A stretch of 64,000 bases of DNA from an uncultured cyanobacterium (GTDB lineage Bacteria > Cyanobacteriota > Cyanobacteriia > Phormidesmidales > Phormidesmidaceae). The notes under the pieces were generated by a model that worked only from the letters and a program-made list of their open reading frames with translations, was not told where the DNA came from and ran no database searches. The translations under genes were made by a program, and so were the position numbers. The stretch covers positions 192,001 through 256,000 of the forward strand of contig CAWBZI010000006.1 of NCBI GenBank assembly GCA_963793265.1, given 5' to 3'. Of the stretch, positions 40,764 through 49,951 are shown one piece after another; within the stretch, counting starts at the first letter, position 1; every line of letters begins with the position of its first letter.

Positions 40764-41660
40764 GTGGTCGATGCCCAAAAACAAGCCAAAGATCAGGCCC
40801 AAGATCAGGCCCAAGACCAGGCTAAAAAACGAGCAGGCGAGGAGGTTTATGCCGACTATATTTCTAACCTTGCAGACAATGCGCCTGCTGCTAGCGCGGT
40901 TCGCCTGCAAGCGCCTAGACCCGCTCAGCCAAACAAGCCGCTATTTGTGTTTTTACCAGGGATGGACGGCACAGGCACACTGTTGCGATCACAGCTCGAT
41001 CGCTTAGTACCCTGGTTTGACATTCGCTGCGTCGCGATTTCGCCTCAAGACATGACGGGATGGGAGCTGCTAGCACGACGAGTAAGTCAGCTTATCAGCA
41101 AAGAAATTGGCGAGCGGCGGCGGGCGGTTTATCTGTGCGGCGAATCGTTCGGCGGCTGCTTGGCTATGAAAGTACTGACGCTCTCGCCCCATTTGTTTTC
41201 GCGAGTCATTTTAGTTAATCCAGCCTCTTCTTTCAGGCGATTGCCCTGGATGCAGCTAGGCTCGCTACTCACCCGGCGGCTGCCTAACATGGCCTACAGA
41301 TACAGTGCTAGGGGGCTCGTACCTTTTTTAATAGAGCCTTTTCAAGTTCCTCGGCGCGATCGCGAAGCCCTAGAAACAGCCATGGGCTCAGTGCCCGCCA
41401 AAACGGCAGCCTGGCGAATGGGCCTATTAGGGAACTTTGAAGTAGAGCGACTGCCGCTAGAGCGCATGATGCATCCGGTACTGTTGATTGCAGGTAGTAA
41501 CGATCGCCTGCTGCCTTCTGAGCGAGAAGCCAAAAGTTTGCAGGCCCGATTTCCTAACGCGCAGCTCACAATCTTGCCGGGCAGTGGCCATGCTTGCCTG
41601 CTAGAGCAAGGCATTAACCTCCAAAAAATACTGCGCCAGCATTCGTTTTTAGACGCTTAA
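40764..41660 (+). CDS. Alpha/beta hydrolase resembling the ELT/phytyl-ester-synthase hydrolase domain
   Basis: FVFLPGMDGTG.L, YLCGESFGGCLA, LVNPASSF, D.LLPS, SGHACLLE. Starts 2 nt after the acyltransferase stop. Confidence 0.85.
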   Translation: MVDAQKQAKDQAQDQAQDQAKKRAGEEVYADYISNLADNAPAASAVRLQAPRPAQPNKPLFVFLPGMDGTGTLLRSQLDRLVPWFDIRCVAISPQDMTGWELLARRVSQLISKEIGERRRAVYLCGESFGGCLAMKVLTLSPHLFSRVILVNPASSFRRLPWMQLGSLLTRRLPNMAYRYSARGLVPFLIEPFQVPRRDREALETAMGSVPAKTAAWRMGLLGNFEVERLPLERMMHPVLLIAGSNDRLLPSEREAKSLQARFPNAQLTILPGSGHACLLEQGINLQKILRQHSFLDA

Positions 41661-41755
41661 TCATGTAAGTTGCTAGGCAAGATAGGGCGTATTGCCTTTA
41701 TTATTTAAAAACCAAGCGTAAAGCCCAAAAGTAAACTTCTTTAACTCTAAAGCCC

Positions 41756-42475
41756 ATGTCAAAGTTCTTTGGCTGGCTTCATCAGCTAAGCCGTCAGTTC
41801 ATCTGTTTTTTAGCGATCGCTCTATTGGCGACCCAAGCCGTAGCGGCTCCCGCTATGGCTACCGGCCTCTACAGTATGCCAGCGACCGCCAGCGATCAAA
41901 CCTGGGTCATTGACGATGCCGACCAGATTTCCAGGCTCAATGAAGGCAAGCTCAGCAGCGCTCTAAAGCAGCTATCTGCCGACACGGGTAACGAGGTTCG
42001 CTTCGTCACCATCCACCGGCTGGACTACGGCGAAACTGCTCAGTCGTTTGCCGATAAGCTCGCAGAACGCTGGTTCCCAACGCCCGAAGCCAGAGCCAAT
42101 CAGACGGTTATCGTACTTGATGATGTCACCAACAATATTGGTATTAGCGTGGGCAAGAGCACTGCAAATGTGCTGCCAGAAGACATCGCTCAGAGCGTGA
42201 CAGACGAAACGATGAAGGTGCCTTTGCTGCGCGGCAATCAGTACAACCAGGCATTTTTGAACGCATCCGATCGTCTGGTTGCGGTGATTTCTGGTGAGCC
42301 CGACCCAGGCCCGCCAGAGTACGACAATACAATAGACACCGATAGAAACTACGCCACGGCTGAAGAAACAGAAGCCACTCGCGGATCGTCTACAACGCTG
42401 GTGATTGTGCTGCTGATTGCAGCGACTGTCATCCCTATGGCCACCTACTACTGGTACATATCAGCAGGCGGCTAG
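41756..42475 (+). CDS. psb32: TPM-domain photosystem II repair protein Psb32
   Basis: Signal peptide, ATG...P, WV.D.A..ISR..E, VTI.RLDYG, YNQA....DRL.AV.SG.PDPGPP, and C-terminal transmembrane ATVIPMATY..Y. Confidence 0.88.
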   Translation: MSKFFGWLHQLSRQFICFLAIALLATQAVAAPAMATGLYSMPATASDQTWVIDDADQISRLNEGKLSSALKQLSADTGNEVRFVTIHRLDYGETAQSFADKLAERWFPTPEARANQTVIVLDDVTNNIGISVGKSTANVLPEDIAQSVTDETMKVPLLRGNQYNQAFLNASDRLVAVISGEPDPGPPEYDNTIDTDRNYATAEETEATRGSSTTLVIVLLIAATVIPMATYYWYISAGG

Positions 42476-42499
42476 GTTCTTTTATTGACTATTAAAAAG

Positions 42500-42536
42500 A
42501 AAAAAGGGAGGCACCTGCTACGGGCCTCCCTTTTTT
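42500..42536. terminator. Bidirectional intrinsic terminator
   Basis: AAAAAAGGGAGGC-loop-GCCTCCCTTTTTT between convergent genes. Confidence 0.85.
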
Positions 42537-42559
42537 AATGGCGTGTTTTCTCAACGTTT

Positions 42560-42946
42560 TTACAGCAAGAGAATACCAACGATAACGGCAGCAGCAGCAA
42601 ACAATAGCGGCCCAGCTTTATCTGCTTCAGGAACGCTATCAATGGTATTAGCGAACTTTTGGCTAGGCTCTAGAGAATACGAGAGGCTGCGCTGACGCTG
42701 TTGAAAGCTTTTGAGCGGTGGCGACACCACAGGCGGGAGCTGCTTGTGAAAGTTGCAGTTAAGACAGTCGAAGGTATTAGGCGATCGCGTGATAATAGAG
42801 TACTTGCTGCACTTAGGACACTCTAAAGGCCCAGATACAGAAGGCGATCGCAATCGACCAGGCATGAGCGAGCTTGAGTCTAACAGGCTAGGCGATCGCA
42901 TATTGGGGTTGTGACGGGGCAAGCCTGATGTAGATGAGGTTTGCAT
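42560..42946 (-). CDS. Small zinc-ribbon protein with C-terminal membrane anchor
   Basis: CPKC...CLNC and a hydrophobic C-terminal tail. Confidence 0.7.
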   Translation of the reverse strand: MQTSSTSGLPRHNPNMRSPSLLDSSSLMPGRLRSPSVSGPLECPKCSKYSIITRSPNTFDCLNCNFHKQLPPVVSPPLKSFQQRQRSLSYSLEPSQKFANTIDSVPEADKAGPLLFAAAAVIVGILLL

Positions 42947-43330
42947 GATAGAACACCTGAAATAGTGAGAGAGTTGTAGATGATGGCGGTGAATTATGCG
43001 GAGAACAGCGCTGCTTTTAGTAGCACTGATGTCTCCGTACTATCACCGCCTTACTAATCTCATGGATAGGCAGACAGTTTCGTCCGAAGAATCACGCGAT
43101 CGCTGCTTTGCCTGCAAGAGATACCTGTAAAAAGGCGTAGATTTACTCAGACAGGATTTTGTTAGGGTGGGGAATATACCCAATTTATTCGCTAGGCTTA
43201 GCAGGAAGTGTTAAGTTGCGGCAGAGGGCTGTAAAAAGACTGCCATGAAAAGATTGCCGCGAAAAGATTGCTAGAGAAAACCTGCAAGTAAAAAGACCCT
43301 CAGAAGACTACCGTAGAGAGTAAAGAGAAT

Positions 43331-44467
43331 TTGATTGGGAACGCCTCACCTATGGACTGGTTGAATCGACTGCCGCGCTGGATGATTTGGGGTGTCGCTC
43401 TGCCCTTGGTGGCATTAAACGGGTGGGTGGCCCTGCAAATATTTTCTTTTTTCCAGTCGCAGCTCACTATTTTTTTAACGGCGACGCTGCTCTCTTTTGT
43501 GCTCAACTACCCAGTCGAGCTACTGTCGCGATTTCGGCTGAGGCGATCGCTAGCCATCGTCATCGTGCTACTCACATCGATCTCAATATTAGGTGTGTTG
43601 GGCGTATTGCTCGTACCGCCGCTAGTCGAGCAGCTTAACGAACTCACTGGCCGCCTGCCCTCCTGGCTAGACTCTGGCACCGCACAGCTCACAGCATTGC
43701 AAGACTGGGCAATTGGCCTCGACTTACCCATCGATCTCTCCCGGCTTTCGGTGCAGCTACAGGGCAAAATTACCACTCAGCTCCAAAGCTTGAGCGCGAG
43801 CGTCATCGGTTTGCTACCCGATGCCATTAGCGGAGTCATTGACCTGGGTCTAACTGTCGTTTTGACCTTTTACTTGCTGCTGCATGGCGATCGCCTGTGG
43901 GACGGCATTTATCAATGGCTCCCCGAAGGCTGGAACGAGCACGCTAGGCCGCTGATTAAGCGCAACTTTCAAAACTATTTTCTAGGCCAAATCACCGTCG
44001 CCCTACTGATGGGCACGGCTATGACGATTGCCTTTGTGGCTATTCAGGTACCTTTTGGCCTGCTCTTTGGGATTGCGGTTGGCGTTATGGCAATCTTCCC
44101 GTTTGGCCCAGCGCTTAGCATTACGGTGATTAGCTTTTTAACGGCGCTGAAGAGTATCTGGCTTGGTGTGAGAGTCGTCACGGTTGCAGCGGTAATAGAT
44201 CAGGTGGTGGAGAATGCGATCGCACCTCAGCTTATCGGTGGTTTTGTTGGCCTAAATCCAGTTTGGATCTTAGTTTCGCTGCTGATAGGAACCAAGATTG
44301 CAGGCGTACTAGGACTGATTGTTGCCGTGCCTGTGGCTAGCTCTATCAAGAACCTATTTGAAGACAGCCGCCTGCCGCCTTCAGGCGCTGGTGAAGTCTC
44401 TACAGCTAAGCAAAACGATTCTGAGCAGCCGCCTTCAGAAGGGACTACCGCAGTCGCTTCCGCGTAA
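43331..44467 (+). CDS. AI-2E family transporter (PerM-like)
   Basis: F.LNYPV..L, FYLL..G..LW, F.NYF.GQ, Q..EN.IAP.L.G...GLNP.W...SL..G....G.LG..AVP.A. Confidence 0.9.
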   Translation: MIGNASPMDWLNRLPRWMIWGVALPLVALNGWVALQIFSFFQSQLTIFLTATLLSFVLNYPVELLSRFRLRRSLAIVIVLLTSISILGVLGVLLVPPLVEQLNELTGRLPSWLDSGTAQLTALQDWAIGLDLPIDLSRLSVQLQGKITTQLQSLSASVIGLLPDAISGVIDLGLTVVLTFYLLLHGDRLWDGIYQWLPEGWNEHARPLIKRNFQNYFLGQITVALLMGTAMTIAFVAIQVPFGLLFGIAVGVMAIFPFGPALSITVISFLTALKSIWLGVRVVTVAAVIDQVVENAIAPQLIGGFVGLNPVWILVSLLIGTKIAGVLGLIVAVPVASSIKNLFEDSRLPPSGAGEVSTAKQNDSEQPPSEGTTAVASA

Positions 44468-44507
44468 CTAGCTTCTGCATAACTGCGAAATTCTGTCGCT
44501 GCAAAAT

Positions 44508-45767
44508 CTACAGCGTGCTGGGCAAAGACACCACGAACTCTGTACCCACACCGGGCTCGGAGTGGAAAGTCAGATGGCCGTGATGAACTTCAGTGATAAT
44601 CTCGCGAGCAACGCCAAGGCCAAGCCCTGTTCCTTTACCGACCGGCCTAGTGGTGAAAAACTGATCAAATATCTTAGTCTGAATTTCTTTGGGAATACCT
44701 GTGCCATTGTCTCGAATGCGAACAATTGCGCAGTCGTTTTCAAAAGCGGTAGAGATTGTAATCGCTGGATTGTCTCGGACGACACCTTCAGGGGGCAGGT
44801 CACAAAACTTTTCTTCTATCGCATCTATCGCATTCGCCATCAGATTCATCAACACCTGATTAAGCTGGCTAGGGTAGCATTCTATATCAGGAACGTCTCC
44901 GTACTCTTTGATAATTTGAATTTCAGGACGCGTCTCTTTTTGTTGTATCAAGCTCTGTAAAATCATCAGAATGCTCTCGATGCCATCGTGCAGGCTCGCA
45001 TACTTTCGCTCTGCTTCGTCCAAACGCGAGAATGTTCTGAGCGATTCAACAATCTTTTGAATACGACGCGTGCCCATACTCATAGAGCCTAGCAGCTTAA
45101 CGAAGTCTTCTTGAATAAATTCGAGATTGACTTCCTCAGCGAAGTCTTGAATTTCTAGAGAAGGGGCAGCGTTTTTTTCGTATAGCTGCACGAGCCCCAG
45201 CAAAGACTCTGCGTACTCTTGAGCGGGTGCCAGGTTGCCATGAATAAAGCTTACCGGGTTGTTAATTTCGTGAGCGATCCCCGCGACGAGTTGGCCCAAT
45301 GCGGCCATTTTTTCCTTCTGAACCAGGCTGGCCTGGATTCTACGCAGAGCCAAATGAGCTTTAATTCTAGCTAGGGTTTCGGCCTGATCAAAAGGCTTAG
45401 TGATGTAGTCTACTGCGCCTAAGTTAAGACCTTGAATTTTGTTGACGGTATCCGAAAGGGCCGTCATAAACAGCACTGGAATGTCTCGGGTTTTAGGATC
45501 TTTTTTGAGCTGACGGCAGGTTTCAAAGCCGTCGATGCCAGGCATCATGACATCTAGAAGAATGAGATTGGGAGAGACTTTTTGAACGTTTTTCAAAGCT
45601 TGTTCGCCGCTTTGAGCAATCACAACTCGGTAGTGACAGGTATGCAAAAAGTCGCACAGCACTTTAAGATTAACGGCGTTATCATCGACAACTAAGATAG
45701 TGTCTTGCTGAGAAAGCAGGCTTGCATCTATTCGATCAAGTTCTTTAGGCGCTACGGTTTCAGACAT
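44508..45767 (-). CDS. Hybrid receiver-histidine kinase (REC-HisKA-HATPase)
   Basis: ILVVDDN, LILLDVMMP, GAVDYITKPF, EKMA.LG.LVAGIAHEINNP, GKGTGLGL. Confidence 0.93.
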   Translation of the reverse strand: MSETVAPKELDRIDASLLSQQDTILVVDDNAVNLKVLCDFLHTCHYRVVIAQSGEQALKNVQKVSPNLILLDVMMPGIDGFETCRQLKKDPKTRDIPVLFMTALSDTVNKIQGLNLGAVDYITKPFDQAETLARIKAHLALRRIQASLVQKEKMAALGQLVAGIAHEINNPVSFIHGNLAPAQEYAESLLGLVQLYEKNAAPSLEIQDFAEEVNLEFIQEDFVKLLGSMSMGTRRIQKIVESLRTFSRLDEAERKYASLHDGIESILMILQSLIQQKETRPEIQIIKEYGDVPDIECYPSQLNQVLMNLMANAIDAIEEKFCDLPPEGVVRDNPAITISTAFENDCAIVRIRDNGTGIPKEIQTKIFDQFFTTRPVGKGTGLGLGVAREIITEVHHGHLTFHSEPGVGTEFVVSLPSTL

Positions 45768-45844
45768 CTTTATCGCTTTTTGATGGAGGTTTTCTTTAGT
45801 TTTCCCATTCCGCTTTTTAAGCGGAAGCGATTTTTGAAGTCATC

Positions 45845-45891
45845 AAAAAAAGTTCAAGGCCCGCCGAGTGAAGTGCGCTGACCTTGAACTT
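45845..45891 (-). terminator. Terminator downstream of the DUF928 gene
   Basis: Stem AAGTTCAAGG/CCTTGAACTT with a 7-A run on the + strand. Confidence 0.6.
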
Positions 45892-45968
45892 GTAAAAGAT
45901 ATTAGAGAATCTATAGCTGCTTTTTATCTAGTTCTTACCCTCTGCGCTACGGGCAGTTATTGCAAAAT

Positions 45969-46769
45969 CTAATTAAGAACAGCCTGAACAGTAGACACGG
46001 CAGGCGATAAAACGTCAGTCAAACCGGCTGAGGCTAGTAGCTGGTTCCACTCAGCGGCGATCGCCTCATTGTCGGGTTCAGCCTGGCGCAGTTCATTCAG
46101 CACAATTGCTGCATCGTGCCATAGATTAGCCTGCTGATACAAAAGCCTCGCCTCCATCAGCGGCTCGGCAATGGCTAGCTGCGTTGCAAAGCCCGTGGGC
46201 ACCGACTGCTGAGCAAACCAGTCAGAGGGCGCTACCCGGCGAATACTGCCATAGACAGTCGTGTCGTTTGAGCGATCGCTCACGTTAGGAACAATAGAAA
46301 AATACCACTGATAGTTTTCGTCTGGCGTTAGGGCAGGCATATCAGGCATATCAGCGATGCCCACCGTTACAAAGCCAGCTTCTTTGCTAACCTCAAAGGT
46401 TTTCTCGTAGACTAAAGCGTCGTTGCTATCGCGCAAAACAAACTCAGCGCTATTGTTAGATGCCATCTCAGGAACGTAAAACAATAGCGTAGGATGAGAG
46501 GCGGTGGTGATACTTAAAGGGGCAGGCGTCGTGATAGCAGTTAAAGCGCCGAGCGTATTAGCAAACACAGTTTCGCTGCGAGTGCCCCCGCCTATGCGTC
46601 GGCCAGGCACGCCGTATCGCGAGTCAGAAGCGTCTTCTTTAGCGCCAAGGTTGGATTCTAGAATGGACTGAGCACGGGCAGCCGGAGCGGCTATGCCCCC
46701 GATTACAAAACTACTTAAGCCAAGCAGCAAAAACGAACGAACGAATGGTGTAGTCATCATTATCTTCAA
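45969..46769 (-). CDS. DUF928 family secreted protein
   Basis: Signal peptide, PGRRIGGGTR, T...HPT..FYVP, AEF.L.D, Y.WYF.., LW.DA...L..LR...P.N.....W..LL...GL. Confidence 0.88.
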   Translation of the reverse strand: MKIMMTTPFVRSFLLLGLSSFVIGGIAAPAARAQSILESNLGAKEDASDSRYGVPGRRIGGGTRSETVFANTLGALTAITTPAPLSITTASHPTLLFYVPEMASNNSAEFVLRDSNDALVYEKTFEVSKEAGFVTVGIADMPDMPALTPDENYQWYFSIVPNVSDRSNDTTVYGSIRRVAPSDWFAQQSVPTGFATQLAIAEPLMEARLLYQQANLWHDAAIVLNELRQAEPDNEAIAAEWNQLLASAGLTDVLSPAVSTVQAVLN

Positions 46770-47270
46770 GTTTGATTGTTGTTTATGAACAGGACTACTT
46801 AAGAATGCTGAAACCTTCCGTTAGATGCCAGATAAAACGTCCTGTGTTTGTGTGCTTATATTCTAGGAAAACTGTCCGAATTCATAAATAGAGAAGATAC
46901 CGAATCTCCAAATGCAGATAGTTGTCTCTTAAGCCGTATTGTGCATAAAGACACTGTGCTGCGTGTGGCATGAATCAACCGAAGGTTAGAGTTTTTACGC
47001 CCATAGAAAAAGAAAAGTAAGAAAGCATATTTCTCACGATTACGACGCTTTGCTACTGATAGCCTCTGCAAGCAACGAAATAGAATCTTGAGAGCGTTTA
47101 CCACATCTTTATATCTATCAGTATGTATCTAATAGAAGTGCGTTTTTTTACATACCAAACACGCAATTACTGATTGCTCTTGAACCGAGTTCGTATTATT
47201 ATCCAAAGGAATTTAAAGAATACTTAATGTTTCTTTTAATTCAACCAACTAATTTTAGAGGAGTGTACGA

Positions 47271-47465
47271 ATGAAGTCTGTTATCAGTAAGTCGCTAACG
47301 ATTTCTTTGGCAGTTGCCGCTGCGCTTGCCCTGCCTACGGCTGTCAAAGCACAGGCAGATAGCATGGTAGAGAACGAGACAGCGATCGCGACTATCGAAG
47401 AGAATATTAATACTGAAACCAACTGGTGCTTCAGGGTTCCTGGCTACGGATGGGTATGCGGATAA
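47271..47465 (+). CDS. Small secreted pre-pro-peptide with a C-terminal Cys-X9-Cys core
   Basis: RBS AGAGGAG at 47257-47263, Sec-type signal peptide (VKA|QA), and a strong terminator 40 nt downstream. Confidence 0.8.
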   Translation: MKSVISKSLTISLAVAAALALPTAVKAQADSMVENETAIATIEENINTETNWCFRVPGYGWVCG

Positions 47466-47506
47466 GTTTAGTTTCTCTGTAGCATCTGTCTTTAGATACG
47501 CATTAG

Positions 47507-47545
47507 AAAGGGCCTTAAGTTCTAGTTAGCTTAAGGCCCTTTTTT
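47507..47545 (+). terminator. Strong intrinsic terminator after the peptide gene
   Basis: 13-bp stem AAAGGGCCTTAAG/CTTAAGGCCCTTT followed by further Ts. Confidence 0.85.
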
Positions 47546-47704
47546 GCGCGCATTGAAAAGTTACAGCAAAAGGGTGTTCAGTACAGATTCATATTGGGAA
47601 AACTTGATGGATCGTAGACGTTTCATTAGTTTAGAAACGCTATCAAAAGCTGGTAGGCATAGAAATACGCATTCATCAACCGTTTCAGAGTCCTGTGAGT
47701 TTTC

Positions 47705-49951
47705 ATGTTCAAAAAGTGTTCTTTTATACTTTTTTATTGGAGCAGTTTCTACGCTTTGTGGAGCGGCCCGTCGCTATCGGTAAAAGGTGAGCCCTCCGCT
47801 ATTTATACGGACGGAACAACCCAAACAAATATCACTGGAGACTCAACCTGCCTGTCAGGGTGCACTATCTCGGGCGGCACCCGTATAGGAGACAACCTGT
47901 TTCACAGCTTCAGCGAACTCAGCATACTTGAAAATACGACGGTCACCTTTGCAGATGGCGGTGCAGCTAATATTTTTGCCCGCGTTTCTGAGAGAGCCTC
48001 TTTAGTTGACGGTACGCTAGCGGTCGCTGGAAGCACAGATGCCAACTTCTTCTTAATTAACCCTCATGGAATTGTTTTCGGCCCTAACGCGGTGCTCGCA
48101 ACAGCCGGATCCTTTGTCGCGAGCACTGCTGAGAGCATCATCTTTGCAGATGGCGCGCAATTCAGCGCCACTATTAATACACTTCCTGTACTTATAGTGA
48201 GTGCGCCTATCGGATTACAGTTTGGCTCAAACCCAGGCAGCATCACGAATCGATCGCAGATCGCTCAGGCAGGATTTTCGACTGGGCTACAGGTCAGTAG
48301 CGGACAGACGCTATCGCTAGTGGGGAGCGGCGTCTATTTAGAAGGAAGTAGTCTCACAGCGAGTAGCGGGCAAATAGCCATTGGGAGTGTCAGTGCTCAC
48401 AGCAGCGTTTCTCTGCTGTCTGATTTGACAGTAGAATACTCGGATACATCGGGCTTTGAAGATATTTACCTAACGCCCAGAGCGCTAATAGATGCTAGTG
48501 GAAACGAAGGACATATCTTTATTCGGGGTCGTAATATCGTTTCAGAAGGTGCTGCAATCGCAAACATCACCGCTGCCAACGCGACTGCTGGCTCTGTAAC
48601 ACTTGTATCCGACGAGACTATAGACTTCACCGGAGGAGGAATTTTCCTTTCTCCTGCGTTCGGTAGCGCCAGCGATGGTGCAAACCTGGTGATTTCTACT
48701 AGCGAACTTGCGTTGAAAGGCGGCGCGATCATTTCAAGCGGTACGTTTGGCGCAGGCAATGGTGGAAGCCTAGCCATTGACGCCTCAAATTCTGTTGAGC
48801 TAAGCGGCACAGGGCTGAGCTTTCCTACGCTTATAACGTCCTCTACAGAAGGCAGTGGCACGGGAGGGCAAATCACTATTGATACAAACAGGCTAGCTAT
48901 TACAGATGGCGCTCAAATACAGGCCATTGCTTATAGTCAGGGAACCGGTGGAGATATCACCATCCATGCAGATGAACGCGTTGACATCGCAGGCACTGAG
49001 GAGACAGCTTCTATTGGCACATCTATCAGTGGTATCTCAGCAGCTTCAGGTATAGAAGGTCTGCCTTTTCAGCCCACAGGATCAGGAGGCAGCATATCTA
49101 TCACGACTGACAGACTAACGATTAGCGATCGCGCTCAGGTATCGGTTAATAGCTTAGGGCAGGGGAACGCAGGAGATTTGAATGTTACGGCTCGTACTGT
49201 TCGCCTGGACAACAACGCTCAGGTCACAGCGACAGCGGCCTTTGGCAACGGCGGGAACCTTTATTTAGAGGGGTTGGAGACGCTCTTATTGCGTCGAGGA
49301 AGCGTAATTTCTACTCAAGCAGGAATTAGCGATGGGCAGGGCGATGGCGGTAATATTTTTATCAATGCAGATTTTGTAGTGACTCGTTTGCTTGAAGATA
49401 GTGACATTGTGGCTAAAGCAGCACAAGGGCGAGGCGGCAATATTACGATTGATACAAGGGGTCTGTACGGGATTAGGCAGCGGCGGGCGATCGCAAACAA
49501 TCGAACCAACGATATTGATGCCAGCTCTGAGTTCGGCATTAGCGGCACCATTGAAATAAATCAGCTCGCCGCCGCCGCAGACCTAGAGGGTGCGATACTG
49601 GCAGAACGACCTTTAGAGACAGCGACAGTCGTTAGTAAGCGATGCGATGCTACTGGCAACCGATTTGTTGTAACCGGAAGAGGCGGCGTGCCAGCTTCTC
49701 CTAATAGCTCGGTAGAGATACATTCATTTTTAGATGACTTGGGAGAGAGCTTAGAAGGCGACACGGTAGCTATAGATAGTGAGGAAACTGCTTTTGAAGA
49801 GACTGTTTCTGAGACAATAGCCTCGGTAAAAGATGGCCATTGGGCAGAAGCGACCGGTTGGGGAACGGATGCAAATGGACAGGTCACACTGTTTTCAGCA
49901 AGATCGCAGGACAGTGCGGTGTCTCACATGGCAGGGCACTGCACAGGCTAG
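47705..49951 (+). CDS. Filamentous haemagglutinin N-terminal (TPS) domain exoprotein
   Basis: ISGGT..G.NLFHSF..., NIFARV, FLINP.GI.FG.NA.L..GSF.ASTA, and Gly-rich beta-helix repeats (G.GG.I.I). The cyanobacterial C-terminus reads DI.ASS.FG..G, C...N.F.VTGRGG.P, EA.GW....G.V.L. Confidence 0.9.
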   Translation: MFKKCSFILFYWSSFYALWSGPSLSVKGEPSAIYTDGTTQTNITGDSTCLSGCTISGGTRIGDNLFHSFSELSILENTTVTFADGGAANIFARVSERASLVDGTLAVAGSTDANFFLINPHGIVFGPNAVLATAGSFVASTAESIIFADGAQFSATINTLPVLIVSAPIGLQFGSNPGSITNRSQIAQAGFSTGLQVSSGQTLSLVGSGVYLEGSSLTASSGQIAIGSVSAHSSVSLLSDLTVEYSDTSGFEDIYLTPRALIDASGNEGHIFIRGRNIVSEGAAIANITAANATAGSVTLVSDETIDFTGGGIFLSPAFGSASDGANLVISTSELALKGGAIISSGTFGAGNGGSLAIDASNSVELSGTGLSFPTLITSSTEGSGTGGQITIDTNRLAITDGAQIQAIAYSQGTGGDITIHADERVDIAGTEETASIGTSISGISAASGIEGLPFQPTGSGGSISITTDRLTISDRAQVSVNSLGQGNAGDLNVTARTVRLDNNAQVTATAAFGNGGNLYLEGLETLLLRRGSVISTQAGISDGQGDGGNIFINADFVVTRLLEDSDIVAKAAQGRGGNITIDTRGLYGIRQRRAIANNRTNDIDASSEFGISGTIEINQLAAAADLEGAILAERPLETATVVSKRCDATGNRFVVTGRGGVPASPNSSVEIHSFLDDLGESLEGDTVAIDSEETAFEETVSETIASVKDGHWAEATGWGTDANGQVTLFSARSQDSAVSHMAGHCTG

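Noticed and set aside
42981..43040. Fluoride (crcB) riboswitch, suggested by GATGG...CTGATGTCTCCGTAC
   Set aside because: The GATGRAGT.CGCC pseudoknot segment is missing and the sequence folds as one long hairpin. Kept as an unknown structure.
47138..47151. NtcA-like site GTG-N8-TAC upstream of the peptide gene
   Set aside because: It is a non-canonical match in an AT-rich region and is expected by chance.
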